Source: Acidimicrobiia bacterium (GTDB taxonomy: Bacteria; Actinomycetota; Acidimicrobiia; Spongiisociales; UBA11373). Taken from it: DNA of 59,745 nt. The stretch is from contig JAZGDZ010000095.1 in NCBI GenBank assembly GCA_036478235.1, positions 1-59,745 on the forward strand, given 5' to 3'. The notes beneath the pieces are model-generated. The model worked only from the letters and a program-made list of their open reading frames with translations. It made no database searches and was not told the DNA's origin. Each line of letters opens with the position of its first letter. The first letter of the stretch is position 1. The position numbers were made by a program, and so were the translations under genes. This document shows, piece by piece, positions 39,922 through 50,303 of this stretch.

Positions 39922-40166
39922 TGCCCCGACCGGCAACGTTCGCCGCGTTGAGAACGGCCAGTGACGCCGCTGGCTGTGTCCTCGTCCTCGACGCAGTGCA
40001 CGACTGCGCCTTCGTCCTGCGTCCTTGCAAGCGACGTAGCACTCTGCGTCGCCCACAGGGCGACACACCCATGCGGAGGCGCTTCGGGGCCGAGCAGGAC
40101 CCGAACGCTGGAGCCAGACCCCTGCCTCGCTCCCAACATCACCAACGTCACCGGCCAGGGCACTAG
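39919..40166. mobile_element. MITE-like family 1 element with 22-bp terminal inverted repeats
   Basis: TAGTGCCCCGACCGGCAACGTT (39919-39940) vs AACGTCACCGGCCAGGGCACTA (40144-40165), 18/22; TAG at both ends; no credible ORF. Confidence 0.8.
40041..40119 (+). repeat. Element Z, copy C, inside the family 1 MITE
   Basis: GCGTCGCCCACAGGGCGACAC...CATGCGGAGGCGCTTCGGGGCCGAGCAGGACCCGAACGCTGGAGCCA matches copies A and B. Confidence 0.85.
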
Positions 40167-40826
40167 GTGACCTGGGACGGCGAGGCCGCGACGTGGTGGG
40201 CGGCGGAGGTCGAAACGGATCCGGCCTACGCGAGGGACGTCGACCCGCTGTTGCGTGAGCTCATGCCGGTCCCGGCCGGGACGCTGCTGGACCTCGGGTG
40301 TGGGACGGGCCGCCTGCTGACCGCCGGGGCGGTCGGAGTCGATACGTCGGTGGACCTGCTGCAACTGGCGACGGGCAACGTCGTCGCCGCTGATATCAGG
40401 TCGCTCCCGTTCGACACCGCATCGTTCGACACCGCTTACGCGGTATTGGTCCTGGAACATCTGGAAGACCCGGCTGCGGTCTTCGGCGAGGTGGGGCGCG
40501 TCGTGAAACCGGGGGGTCGGTTTGTGATGGTCCTCAACCATCCGATCTTCACCGCACCCGGCTCGGGGCCGCTCCTGGATACGGACGGTGAAGTCCTGTG
40601 GCGCTTTGGGGCTTATCTCCGACAGGGACACAGCGACGAGCCGGCCGGCCCGAGTTCGATTCGTTTCCATCACCGCCCCCTGGGAAGCCTGATGACGGTG
40701 GCGGCCGAAGCGGGTTGGCTGCTGGAAAGACTCGAGGAGAGGCCGGCCGGGGATGCGGCAGACCCACTTCTGGCAGCTCAGGGCAATGTCCCTCGGTTGC
40801 TCGGGGTGCGGTGGCGGAGGCTGTAG
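40167..40826 (+). CDS. Class I SAM-dependent methyltransferase
   Basis: LLDLGCGTG, LPFDTASFD, RVVKPGGRF. Confidence 0.88.
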   Translation: MTWDGEAATWWAAEVETDPAYARDVDPLLRELMPVPAGTLLDLGCGTGRLLTAGAVGVDTSVDLLQLATGNVVAADIRSLPFDTASFDTAYAVLVLEHLEDPAAVFGEVGRVVKPGGRFVMVLNHPIFTAPGSGPLLDTDGEVLWRFGAYLRQGHSDEPAGPSSIRFHHRPLGSLMTVAAEAGWLLERLEERPAGDAADPLLAAQGNVPRLLGVRWRRL

Positions 40827-40914
40827 GTGTCAGGGATTGGGCATTAGGGATTAGGCATTAGGTCATACTCTTCCTAACGCCTAACGCCTAACGCCTAACG
40901 CCTAACTCCTAACA
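40824..40914. repeat. Inverted heptamer array (TAGGNNT)6...(CCTAACN)6
   Basis: Degenerate TAGG units 40824-40865; CCTAACG x4, CCTAACT, CCTAACA at 40873-40914. Confidence 0.88.
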
Positions 40915-40920
40915 CCTTCC

Positions 40921-42768
40921 ATGCTCCGACCACCATCCGAAGAGATCCCAGACGCCCCCGGCGCCTATCAGTTCCGAGATCGCCACGGGGCGATCCTCTA
41001 CGTGGGAAAGGCCAAGTCGCTGCGCAAGCGGGTCGGCTCCTATTTTGCTCGTGACCTGCCGGCTCGCACCCGAACGATGGTGGAGCTCGCCGAATCGGTG
41101 GATTGGATAGTCACCGAGACCGAGGTGGAGGCGGTGATGGTCGAGTACACGCTCATCCAGAAGCACAAGCCTCGCTTCAACATTCGGCTCCGCGACGACA
41201 AGTCCTACCCGTTCCTGGCCATCACTCGCTCCGAAGAGTGGCCCCGGGCGACGGTGATGCGGGGCAAGCGGCGCAAGGGAACCGAGTACTTCGGACCGTA
41301 CGCACACGCCTACGCCATCAGGCAGACGCTCGACCTCCTGCTGCGCACCTTCCCGGTCCGTACCTGCTCGAACGCAAAATTCCGACGCCACCAGGCACAG
41401 GGGCGCCCCTGCCTCCTCTTCCACATCGAGCGATGCTCGGCCCCATGCGTCGCCGAGATCTCGAGCGAGAGTTACGCGGCACACGTGGAGGGGCTCGCCG
41501 ACTTCCTGGCCGGCAACAGCGACCACATCGTCCGCAAGATCCGCGCCGAAATGGAGGCGGCATCTGGGGCCCTCGAGTTCGAAAAGGCGGCGCGCCAGCG
41601 CGATCGGCTCGCCGCGGTCGAAAAGGCACTCGCCCGTCAAGAGGTGGTGTCGACCCGCAGGGAGGACTTCGACCTCTTTGCGATCGAGGAGGACGATCTC
41701 GAGGCGTCGCTCGTCGTCCTCAACGTCCGCAAGGGCCGAGTCAGTGGACGGCGGGCCACGATCGTCGACAAGGTCGAAGAGGTGACGACGGCTGAGCTGA
41801 CCGAGCGAATGCTCAGCCAGGCATACGGCTCCGAGCCTCCTCCGCCCGAAGTGCTGGTCCAGACGGTGCCGGAGGATGTTCCACTCTGGACCGCTTGGCT
41901 CGAATATCGCCGCGGCACCAGCGTGTCGCTACGGATGCCGCAACGTGGTGCCAAGCGCCGCCTGATGGACACGGCTGCGATCAATGCGGGCGAGGCCTTT
42001 GCCCGCCACCGGCTGCGGCGCCAGAACGATCACAACGCCCGGGCACGAGCGTTGTGCTCTCTCCAGGATTCACTCGGCCTCCCCGAGCCGCCGCTGCGGA
42101 TCGAGGCATTCGACATCGCCACGATCCAGGGAAGGGACACGGTGGGGTCCATGGTCGTGATGGAGGATGGGCTTCCCCGACGCGGCCAGTACCGGCGGTT
42201 CAAGATCCGAGACGTCGACGGTCAGGACGATTTCGCCGCCATGGAAGAGGTGGTGCGTCGGCGGCTCACGGCATATCTGGCGGAGCGTGAGCGACCGGTC
42301 GAGGAGACGGGGAAGTTCGCCTACCCGCCCTCGTTGCTGCTGGTCGACGGTGGAGCGGGCCAGGTCTCGCGCGCGGTGAAGGTCGTCGACGAGCTCGACC
42401 TGGAGATCCCGGTGGCCGGTCTCGCCAAGCGGATGGAGGAGGTGTACCTGCCGGGGCGAGCGGAACCGGTACGCATCCCCCGGGGTGAGGAGGCGCTCTA
42501 CCTCCTGCAGCGGGTCCGGGATGAGGCCCATCGCTTCGCCAACGCCTACCACAAATCCCTGCGCGGCCGTCGTATGGTTGACTCGGTACTCGACGGGGTA
42601 CGCGGGATCGGCCCGGCGCGCAAGAAGGCCCTGATGCGCAGGTTCGGTTCACTGAAGCGCATCCGCGAGGCAGGCGTCGCAGATTTGCAGGAGATCCTCC
42701 CCGATGACATCGCAGTCCGGCTCCACGAGGTCCTCCACGGAGGAAGCGTGGGCATTGTTCGAGAGTGA
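40921..42768 (+). CDS. uvrC: Excinuclease ABC subunit C
   Basis: GIY-YIG ([16 protein letters not shown]), [25 protein letters not shown], HhH. Confidence 0.96.
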   Translation: MLRPPSEEIPDAPGAYQFRDRHGAILYVGKAKSLRKRVGSYFARDLPARTRTMVELAESVDWIVTETEVEAVMVEYTLIQKHKPRFNIRLRDDKSYPFLAITRSEEWPRATVMRGKRRKGTEYFGPYAHAYAIRQTLDLLLRTFPVRTCSNAKFRRHQAQGRPCLLFHIERCSAPCVAEISSESYAAHVEGLADFLAGNSDHIVRKIRAEMEAASGALEFEKAARQRDRLAAVEKALARQEVVSTRREDFDLFAIEEDDLEASLVVLNVRKGRVSGRRATIVDKVEEVTTAELTERMLSQAYGSEPPPPEVLVQTVPEDVPLWTAWLEYRRGTSVSLRMPQRGAKRRLMDTAAINAGEAFARHRLRRQNDHNARARALCSLQDSLGLPEPPLRIEAFDIATIQGRDTVGSMVVMEDGLPRRGQYRRFKIRDVDGQDDFAAMEEVVRRRLTAYLAERERPVEETGKFAYPPSLLLVDGGAGQVSRAVKVVDELDLEIPVAGLAKRMEEVYLPGRAEPVRIPRGEEALYLLQRVRDEAHRFANAYHKSLRGRRMVDSVLDGVRGIGPARKKALMRRFGSLKRIREAGVADLQEILPDDIAVRLHEVLHGGSVGIVRE

Positions 42769-43231
42769 GTTCGGCAAGGGCTGGATTCGAGGGGACGACG
42801 GCGGAGTACCGAACCACATCGCCCTACCCGGGTCTGGTGAGCCGCCCGGTGCCGGTGCTGAGACGGTGCCCCCCGCGGGCATCGCGGAGGTCATCGCCCA
42901 GATCGCGGCCGCCCTGGAGGGGAATCCGACTCTGGGGGTGGGTGACGATTACGTCGACCGAGCCGCCCGCACCCCCCTGGACCTTGCGATATACGTCACC
43001 GTGGCTGCCATCCCTCCCGGCGAGACCGTCACATATGCCGAAGTGGCGAGACGTGTTGGACGCCCCGGTGCGGCTCGCGCCGTGGGGGCCGCCATGGCCC
43101 GCAACCCCTTCCCCCCGCTCATCCCGTGCCACCGGGTCGTCGGGGCCGACGGCTCCCTTCGCGGCTATGCCGGGGGGCTGGCCCTGAAGCGGCGGCTGCT
43201 CGGGTTGGAGGAGGGCAATGCCACCGAATAA
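42704..43231 (+). CDS. ogt: Methylated-DNA-protein-cysteine methyltransferase (start uncertain)
   Basis: [28 protein letters not shown] active-site motif. Confidence 0.88.
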   Translation: MTSQSGSTRSSTEEAWALFESEFGKGWIRGDDGGVPNHIALPGSGEPPGAGAETVPPAGIAEVIAQIAAALEGNPTLGVGDDYVDRAARTPLDLAIYVTVAAIPPGETVTYAEVARRVGRPGAARAVGAAMARNPFPPLIPCHRVVGADGSLRGYAGGLALKRRLLGLEEGNATE

Positions 43232-44096
43232 CCCGGAAAACAGGCACCTCGTGATCATCACCGGCATGGCGGGTGCCGGTCGATCACAGGCATCGAAGAC
43301 GCTCGAAGATCTCGGATTCTTCGTGATCGACAACCTTCCGGCGGAGCTGATCTCCCAGGTCGTGGCGAAAGCAGACCTCCCCGAGAGCGCCCAGACCAAG
43401 CTGGCCGTGGTGGTGGACACCAGGGGAGGGCTCGAGTTCGATGATCTCGATCTGGTGATGCAAAACCTGGCTGCAGACGGGATCCCGTGCACCCTGCTGT
43501 TCATGGACGCCGACGAGGACGTGTTGGCGGCCCGTTTCGAGGAGTCGCGCCGTCCCCACCCGGTACCGGGCGACACGGTTGCGGAGTCGATCGGCGACGA
43601 ACGCGAAGCTCTCCAGGGGCTGCGGGGCCGCGCCGACCTGCTCGTCGACACCTCGGAATTGAACGTCCACGAGCTGCGCGAGCTGATCACGGAATCCTTC
43701 TCGGTGGAGGTCGAGAGACGGCCGATGCGAATCTCGGTCATCTCGTTCGGGTTCAAGCACGGCGTGCCCCGAGTGGTGGACCTGGTGTTCGACGTTCGGT
43801 TCCTCCCCAACCCTCACTGGGTCGAGGAGCTTCGGCCCCTCACCGGGCTCGACGATGCGGTCCGCTCCCACGTGCTCGACCAGGAGGACGCGGCAACCTT
43901 CCTGCGATACATCGAACAGCTGTTGGCGTTCCTCGTGCCGCGCTATCGAAGTGAGGGAAAGGCCTACTTGACTCTGGGAATCGGCTGCACCGGAGGGCGT
44001 CATAGGTCGGTGGTGCTCGCCGAGCACGTCGCCGAGTACCTTCAGCGACTGGGCGATCTGGACGTCACCACGCGTCACCGGGACCTGAGCAGATGA
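43218..44096 (+). CDS. rapZ: RNase adapter RapZ/YvcJ-family protein
   Basis: [44 protein letters not shown]. Confidence 0.94.
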   Translation: MPPNNPENRHLVIITGMAGAGRSQASKTLEDLGFFVIDNLPAELISQVVAKADLPESAQTKLAVVVDTRGGLEFDDLDLVMQNLAADGIPCTLLFMDADEDVLAARFEESRRPHPVPGDTVAESIGDEREALQGLRGRADLLVDTSELNVHELRELITESFSVEVERRPMRISVISFGFKHGVPRVVDLVFDVRFLPNPHWVEELRPLTGLDDAVRSHVLDQEDAATFLRYIEQLLAFLVPRYRSEGKAYLTLGIGCTGGRHRSVVLAEHVAEYLQRLGDLDVTTRHRDLSR

Positions 44097-45067
44097 CCGA
44101 CGTCGACCTCCTGGTCGAACCACTTCTGCAAGAGCTCGAGGAGGGGTTCGACGGCGTCCAGGTCGCCGCCATCGGTGGCGGTCACGGTCTCGCCGCGGCA
44201 TTGCGGGCGATACTCGACTACGCCGACGTCGTCACCGGAGTGGTCGGCGTGGCCGACGACGGCGGCAGCTCCGGCCGGCTCGCTCCCGGCCTCGATATCC
44301 CGCCCCCCGGCGACATCAGGCGGGCCCTCCTCGCGGTCACCGACCAGCCCTCGTTGTGGAGATCACTCATCGAGTACCGGTTCGAGGACTCGGATGTCGC
44401 CGGTCACAGTCTCGGCAATCTGATCATCGCGGCGATGGCGGAGATCGGCGGCGACTTCGCCGAAGCAGTGAACACCGTGGGCAGGATGCTCGGCACCAGG
44501 GGAGCGGTGATTCCGGTGGCGCCCACCCGCCTCGACCTGGAAGCGGACGTCGATGGAGCAGTGGTGCGCGGTCAGGTCGCGGTCGCCAGGTCGCGAGGCG
44601 TGATCACCGACGTCCGGGTCCTCCCGGAGGGCGTCGCGGCGAGCCCGCGGGCTCTCGAGGCGCTCGAGGCCGCCGACCAGATCGTCCTCGGCCCCGGAAG
44701 CCTCTTTACGTCGCTGATCGCTCCGCTCAAGGTTCCGGGGGTAGTCGAATCGGTCAACCGGTCCGAGGCCAGCCTGGTTTACGTCTGCAATCTCACCACC
44801 CAGGACGGAGAGACGCTGGGACTGACCGGCCTGCAGCACCTCGAAGCGCTCATCGCCATCGGGGGGCTGCGAACCCCCGATGCCATCGTCGCCCACGACG
44901 GCCCCCTGGCAATTCCACCCGGACTGGACCGGGTCGAATTGGATCACGCCAGCCTCGGTGACGCCGGAATTCGCCTGGAGACCGGAGACGTCGCCGACCC
45001 CGACGCCGATTGGCCGCAGCACGACGCAGCCCGATTGGGAGCGGTGCTGCGGCGGTTGGTGCCCTGA
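44093..45067 (+). CDS. yvcK: YvcK/GlmR/CuvA-family UDP-sugar binding protein
   Basis: IGGGHGL, VADDGGSSGRL, GHSLGNL, LGPGSLFTS. Confidence 0.92.
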   Translation: MTDVDLLVEPLLQELEEGFDGVQVAAIGGGHGLAAALRAILDYADVVTGVVGVADDGGSSGRLAPGLDIPPPGDIRRALLAVTDQPSLWRSLIEYRFEDSDVAGHSLGNLIIAAMAEIGGDFAEAVNTVGRMLGTRGAVIPVAPTRLDLEADVDGAVVRGQVAVARSRGVITDVRVLPEGVAASPRALEALEAADQIVLGPGSLFTSLIAPLKVPGVVESVNRSEASLVYVCNLTTQDGETLGLTGLQHLEALIAIGGLRTPDAIVAHDGPLAIPPGLDRVELDHASLGDAGIRLETGDVADPDADWPQHDAARLGAVLRRLVP

Positions 45068-45073
45068 CCTGCG

Positions 45074-46264
45074 ATGGTCGAAGCGCCGCTCACCACCCTC
45101 GATGAATTCGACTGCGACGGCCGCACCGTGCTGGTACGGGCCGATCTCAACGTTCCCGTCGAGGCCGGATCTGTGACCGACGACTTCCGGCTCCGCTCCA
45201 CCTTGCCGACGCTCGAGGCGCTTCGGGCACGAGATGCCTTGGTGGTGCTGTGCAGCCATCTCGGCCGGCCGAGCGGTCCGGATCCGGCCTTTTCGATGGC
45301 GCCGGTCGGTGCCCGCTTGGCCGAGATCGGCGGGTTCGAGGTGCGGGCGACCCACGACGTGGGCGGCGAGCACAGCAGGAAGGTCATCGCGGACGCCGGT
45401 GATGCTGTCGTTCTGCTGGAGAACACTCGATTCGAGCCCGGAGAGACGAGCAATTCGCCGGAACTGGCGGATCGCCTGGCCCAGCTGGCCGACCGCTTCG
45501 TGCTGGATGCCTTCGGAAGCGCCCACCGCTCACACGCCTCCACGGTGGGAGTGGCGCAACGGCTGCCGTCGGCGATTGGGCTCCTGGTGGCCGCAGAGCT
45601 GGAGGCTTACGCCAGGCTCCTAGAAGATCCGGCGCGGCCCTTCGTCGTGGTGCTCGGCGGCGCCAAGGTGTCGGACAAGCTGGGCGTCATCCGGGCACTG
45701 CTTCCCAAGGTGGACGTAATGCTGGTCGGCGGAGCGATGTGCTTCACCCTCCTCGCCGCCGAGGGCTTCGAGGTGGGCGATAGCCTGGTCGAGCCCGAGA
45801 TGGTCGGGGAGGTGCGTGAGGTGCTGGCCTCCGAGCACGGCGCCCGGATCAGCCTTCCGGTGGATGTCGTCGTGGCCGAGCGATTCGCTTCGGACGCGCC
45901 CCACCGAACGGCACCGACCACTGATCTGCCGGAGGAAGGGATGGGTCTCGACATCGGACCGGAGACGGCGGCGGTGTATGAGTCGATCCTCGGCGGAGCG
46001 GACACGGTCTTTTGGAACGGGCCCATGGGAGTCGCCGAGTGGGAAGCATTCGCTGTCGGCACCAGAGCGATCGCCGCCGCGTTGACCGCTTCGGCCGCAT
46101 ACTCGGTGGTCGGGGGTGGCGATACCGTGGCTGCCCTGCGCCGTCTCGGGCTCGACGAGGATGTTGATCATCTGTCGACCGGTGGAGGCGCCGGACTCGA
46201 ATTGATTGAGAAGGGCAAGCTTGCCGCGGTCGAGGCAGTGAGGAGGTCGCCGAATGGCGCGTAA
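45074..46264 (+). CDS. pgk: Phosphoglycerate kinase
   Basis: VRADLNVP, SHLGRP, GGAKVSDK, WNGPMGV, STGGGA. Confidence 0.96.
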   Translation: MVEAPLTTLDEFDCDGRTVLVRADLNVPVEAGSVTDDFRLRSTLPTLEALRARDALVVLCSHLGRPSGPDPAFSMAPVGARLAEIGGFEVRATHDVGGEHSRKVIADAGDAVVLLENTRFEPGETSNSPELADRLAQLADRFVLDAFGSAHRSHASTVGVAQRLPSAIGLLVAAELEAYARLLEDPARPFVVVLGGAKVSDKLGVIRALLPKVDVMLVGGAMCFTLLAAEGFEVGDSLVEPEMVGEVREVLASEHGARISLPVDVVVAERFASDAPHRTAPTTDLPEEGMGLDIGPETAAVYESILGGADTVFWNGPMGVAEWEAFAVGTRAIAAALTASAAYSVVGGGDTVAALRRLGLDEDVDHLSTGGGAGLELIEKGKLAAVEAVRRSPNGA

Positions 46265-47024
46265 ACCGTTGATCGTCGGGAACTGGAAGATGCACGCAAC
46301 CCATTTGGAGGCGATCCAGATGGTGCAGAAGCTCTCGTACCGCCTCGACCCGGCCGATCACGATCGCGTCGACGTGGCCGTCTGTCCTCCCCACACCGCT
46401 CTCAGGTCGGCCCAAACCGTCATCGAGACCGACCACCTTCTGATCCAGTTGGGCGCCCAGGACGTCGACTGGCGGCCGGAAGGTGCCTATACCGGCGCCG
46501 TCTCGGCGGGGATGCTGGCTGCGCTCGGCGTGCGGTACGTGATCGTCGGCCATTCGGAGCGCCGAGCCGTTTTCGGCGACAGCGACGCCGACGTGTCCAG
46601 GAAGGCCAAGGCGGTCATCGCAGCCGGAATGACCCCCATCGTGGCGGTCGGAGAGAGCCTGGAGCAGCGCGAAGCGGGAGACACCGAGGCCGTGATCACC
46701 TCTCAGCTGCGGTCGGCTCTCGGAGGGATCGATCCCGAGACGGTCGCCGCAGCCGTCGTGGCCTACGAGCCGGTCTGGGCCATCGGCACCGGCCACACCG
46801 CAGATCCCGACTCGGCCGCGGCATCGATCGGATCCCTGCGCAGAGCGGTGGGGGCGAGCCACGGCGACTCCGCCGCCGCGGCCCTGCGGATTCTGTACGG
46901 AGGGTCGGTGAATCCGGGCAACATTGCCGGCTTCATGGCCAAGCGGGAGATCGACGGGGCGCTCGTCGGGGGAGCGTCGCTCGATCCGGATCAGTTCGCC
47001 GCCGTCATTCGCTACTGGATCTGA
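46254..47024 (+). CDS. tpiA: Triosephosphate isomerase
   Basis: GNWKM, GHSERR, AYEPVWAIGTG, YGGSV, LVGGASL. Confidence 0.97.
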   Translation: MARKPLIVGNWKMHATHLEAIQMVQKLSYRLDPADHDRVDVAVCPPHTALRSAQTVIETDHLLIQLGAQDVDWRPEGAYTGAVSAGMLAALGVRYVIVGHSERRAVFGDSDADVSRKAKAVIAAGMTPIVAVGESLEQREAGDTEAVITSQLRSALGGIDPETVAAAVVAYEPVWAIGTGHTADPDSAAASIGSLRRAVGASHGDSAAAALRILYGGSVNPGNIAGFMAKREIDGALVGGASLDPDQFAAVIRYWI

Positions 47025-47028
47025 GACC

Positions 47029-47137
47029 TCAGATCTCAGATTTCAGATCTCAGATGCAGATCTTAGATCTCAGAATGAGACACTCTTCGATGTCTGATGT
47101 CTGATGTCTGATGTCTGATGTCTGATGTCTGATGTCT
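47029..47137. repeat. Inverted heptamer array (TCAGATY)n...(GATGTCT)7
   Basis: Degenerate TCAGA units 47029-47074; seven perfect GATGTCT units 47089-47137. Confidence 0.92.
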
Positions 47138-47183
47138 GTCGGGAGGCGCCGAAAGACCGGCGCCTCCCGGCTACCGTCGGGAC

Positions 47184-47939
47184 ATGACCCACACCCTGGT
47201 ACTGCTGCGCCACGGTGAGAGCCACTGGAATCTCGAGAACCGCTTTACCGGCTGGACCGACGTCGGCCTCACCGAACGCGGCGTTGCCGAGGCCCGCACG
47301 GCGGGCCGGCTGTTGTCGGCGGCGGGGATTCTCCCCGACGTCGGGCACACGTCGGTGCTCACCAGGGCGATTCTGACGCTGCAGGAGACCCTGGAGGTGA
47401 TGGATCGGGTGTGGATACCGGTCCGGCGTTCCTGGCGGCTCAACGAGCGCCACTACGGCGCTCTCCAGGGGCTCAGCAAGGCCGCTACCGCGGCCGAGCA
47501 CGGCGAGGAGCAGGTGCATGTCTGGCGGCGATCGTATGCCACGTCGCCTCCTCCGCTGGACGAATCGGATGAGCGCCATCCGAGCCACGACCCGCGTTAC
47601 GCCGCCCTCCCCGCCGACCTGATCCCGGCGACGGAGAGCCTGGCCGACGTAGTGGTTCGGATGCTGCCTTACTGGCACGACGCCGTGGTTCCCGACCTGG
47701 TCGCCGGCCGGGTCCCGCTGGTCTCGGCCCACGGCAACAGCCTGCGGGCCCTGGTGATGCACCTCGATGGCATCTCAGAGGAGGAGATCCCTGCACTCAA
47801 CATTCCCACCGGAGTGCCCCTCGTGTACACCCTGGAAGATTCCCTCAGAGTCGTCGAGTCCGCCTATTTGGGCGATCCGGATGAGATTGCCGCCGCGGCG
47901 GCCGCCGTCGCCGCCCAGGGAACCGCCCAGGGCGGTTAA
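47184..47939 (+). CDS. gpmA: 2,3-BPG-dependent phosphoglycerate mutase
   Basis: [39 protein letters not shown]. Confidence 0.96.
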   Translation: MTHTLVLLRHGESHWNLENRFTGWTDVGLTERGVAEARTAGRLLSAAGILPDVGHTSVLTRAILTLQETLEVMDRVWIPVRRSWRLNERHYGALQGLSKAATAAEHGEEQVHVWRRSYATSPPPLDESDERHPSHDPRYAALPADLIPATESLADVVVRMLPYWHDAVVPDLVAGRVPLVSAHGNSLRALVMHLDGISEEEIPALNIPTGVPLVYTLEDSLRVVESAYLGDPDEIAAAAAAVAAQGTAQGG

Positions 47940-48028
47940 ACGGCGGCTAAACGCTGCGTAAAACCCGCATAAACACTGACGATCGGGGGTCGGCGCGACT
48001 TGCCAACCACCCGCGGTTCGCCCATACT
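47934..48028 (+). promoter_or_regulatory. Sigma70-type promoter of secG with four upstream 11-bp phased repeats
   Basis: TTGCCA (48000-48005), 17-bp spacer, CATACT (48023-48028); TAAA at 47937, 47948, 47959 and 47970. Confidence 0.6.
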
Positions 48029-48083
48029 TCCGATCCGATCGGCCTGCATCGTGAGCAGGCCGGACGCATGAAAGGGATTCGTC

Positions 48084-48320
48084 TTGATCGCTGGCATCCT
48101 CGTATCGGTGCACCTGATCATGTCGTTTGGGCTCATCGCGCTCATCCTGCTCCACGCGGGCAAGGGTGGCGGCCTGTCCGACGCCTTCGGCGGAGGCATG
48201 GGACCACTGGGGGGCCTCGGCGGCTCCACGGTGGCCGAGCGCAACCTCGACAGGATCACGGTGACCGTCGCAGTGCTGTTTGCGATCACGACCCTCGCCT
48301 TGGCGTGGGTACTCGAGTGA
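48084..48320 (+). CDS. secG: Preprotein translocase subunit SecG
   Basis: ILLHAGKGGGLSDAFGGG, GSTVAERNLDRIT; position after pgk-tpiA. Confidence 0.92.
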   Translation: MIAGILVSVHLIMSFGLIALILLHAGKGGGLSDAFGGGMGPLGGLGGSTVAERNLDRITVTVAVLFAITTLALAWVLE

Positions 48321-48376
48321 GGCTCCCCTGGAGGCTCACCGGCGAGTCCCGTGACAATCAACAAGGAGGAAAACGC

Positions 48377-50230
48377 TTGAAGCATCTGCGGCAACGTCGT
48401 GGCGTGACGTGGCTCGGTCTTCTGCTCGCATTTGCCCTCGTCGTCGCCGCCTGCGGTGATGACGACGCAGTTACGACCACGAGCGGAGCCCCGGGCGCGA
48501 CGACGGCTACTACTGCAGCACCCGGCACAACGGCCGGACCCGGCACCACCCAGGCGCCTGCCCCCGAGGGCAAGCCCTACGGTGGCGAGGTGGTCGTTGC
48601 CAACGACCAGGAGCCCCCGACCCTCAACTCCTTTGCTCCCGGCGGTGACAACTTCATCGTCAGCATCATTGGGAACGGGTATTGGACCGGCGTCCAGGAC
48701 ATCGATGGGTTCACCCTCGAGCTGATCCCGGAAGTCGTGACAGAGCTCCCGACCGTTGCCAACGGCGGGATCACGCTGAACACAGACGGCACCGAGACGA
48801 TTCGGTACACGATCAGGGAAGAGGCGGTGTGGGCAGACGGCGTCCCCATTTCCGGGGATGACTTCATGTTCACCTACCAGACCATCATGGATCCCGATCT
48901 GCCGATCTTCCGGCTGACCTACGAAGACATCATCCCCGAGTCCGTCGTGGCAGGCCCCAAGACGTTCGAGTACACCCTTTCCGCTCCGACCGTCCAGGCG
49001 GAGCTGATCTTCGGAATCTTGATTCCGAAGCACGATGTGGAGGGGTCGGACTTCATCAACGACTGGAACGACACCATGTGGGTGTCGGGCGGTCCGTTCG
49101 AGTTCGATCAGTGGCAGAAGGGCGAGTTCGTCAGGCTGACGCGCAACGCGAATTACTGGAAGACCGACGCCGAGACCGGGCAGCAGCTGCCCTACCTCGA
49201 CAGCGTCATCATCCGGTTCATTCCCGAGACCGCATCGCTGATCAACGCCTTCAAGGCACGCGAAGTCGACATGATCAACCCGCCGCCGAGCATTGAGACG
49301 ATCGAGGATCTCCAGACCCTCGAGAGCGAAGGCGCCTCGGTGGAGGTCCTGTCGGGTCCGATCTGGGAGCACTTGAACTTCCAGTTCGGCGACAACCGCC
49401 TCGTGCGGAACCCGAACTCGTACAACGAGTTCCTCGAGTACCGCAAGGCGGTGGCTCACGCCATCGACAAGACCAAGATCGTCGATGAGATCCTGAAGGG
49501 CCAGGTCGAGCCGCTCGACTCGTACGTGGACGCCTTCAGCCCGACTCTCTCGCAGGGATCGTGGGCTCAATACGACTACGACCCGGCGAAGGCTGCGGGA
49601 TTCATGGCGGATCTCTGTGCCCGTGATGACACGGACTGTGACGCCAACCCGCCGCATACGGTCTTCTCGACCACCTCGAACAACGACGCTCGCGTGACCC
49701 TGTCACAGCTGTTCATCGGCATGTTCGACGACGCTGGGATGTCGTACGAGAATGAGCTCGAGGACTCCTCACTGTTCTTCGGTGAGACCCTCGACTTCGG
49801 GGGCTGGGACCTCGGCGAGTGGGCCTGGGTGGGAACGCCTGGGTTCGCAGGTCTCATCAGCATCCACGACGTCTTCGATCCCGAGGCCGCACCACCAGAT
49901 GGTCAGAACTTCTACCGCTGGGGTACTGCAGAGGTGACTGGTGCTGACCCCGACGGCTTCAACCAGGGCGCGTCGTCGGTGATCGACGACAACACCCTCC
50001 GGTTCGCCGAGCTGCGCGATGCAGCGAATGCGACCGTGGACGTGGATGAACTCGAGTCATTGATCAACGAGATGGAGCAGATCCTGGCCGATCAGGTCGT
50101 GATCATCCCGCTCTATGCACGTCTCGACCCGGGTGCCGTTTGGGCCGACGAGGTTGGTGGCTACAAGCACAATCCGTCGCAGGCCGGCGACACCTGGAAC
50201 ATCGAGGAGTGGTACCGGGTCGACCTCTAA
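48377..50230 (+). CDS. Peptide ABC transporter substrate-binding lipoprotein, family 5 (OppA/DppA-like)
   Basis: AAGGAGG before TTG 48377; lipobox VAAC; Thr/Ala linker; WADGVPISGDD, GGPFEF, YRKAVAHAID. Confidence 0.92.
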   Translation: MKHLRQRRGVTWLGLLLAFALVVAACGDDDAVTTTSGAPGATTATTAAPGTTAGPGTTQAPAPEGKPYGGEVVVANDQEPPTLNSFAPGGDNFIVSIIGNGYWTGVQDIDGFTLELIPEVVTELPTVANGGITLNTDGTETIRYTIREEAVWADGVPISGDDFMFTYQTIMDPDLPIFRLTYEDIIPESVVAGPKTFEYTLSAPTVQAELIFGILIPKHDVEGSDFINDWNDTMWVSGGPFEFDQWQKGEFVRLTRNANYWKTDAETGQQLPYLDSVIIRFIPETASLINAFKAREVDMINPPPSIETIEDLQTLESEGASVEVLSGPIWEHLNFQFGDNRLVRNPNSYNEFLEYRKAVAHAIDKTKIVDEILKGQVEPLDSYVDAFSPTLSQGSWAQYDYDPAKAAGFMADLCARDDTDCDANPPHTVFSTTSNNDARVTLSQLFIGMFDDAGMSYENELEDSSLFFGETLDFGGWDLGEWAWVGTPGFAGLISIHDVFDPEAAPPDGQNFYRWGTAEVTGADPDGFNQGASSVIDDNTLRFAELRDAANATVDVDELESLINEMEQILADQVVIIPLYARLDPGAVWADEVGGYKHNPSQAGDTWNIEEWYRVDL

Positions 50231-50265
50231 GGTCGCAACCGATACCCACACCAAGGTGTGAGACT

Positions 50266-50297
50266 GAAGGGGCCCGCCGGAGCGGGCCCCTTCTCTT
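50266..50297 (+). terminator. Hairpin terminator or mRNA stabiliser after the binding-protein gene
   Basis: GAAGGGGCCCGC-CGGA-GCGGGCCCCTTC followed by TCTT. Confidence 0.75.
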
Positions 50298-50303
50298 GCT
50301 CAA

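Noticed and set aside
48068-48376. Long N-terminal extension of the substrate-binding protein
   Set aside because: The region encodes secG in another frame; RBS and signal peptide point to TTG 48377
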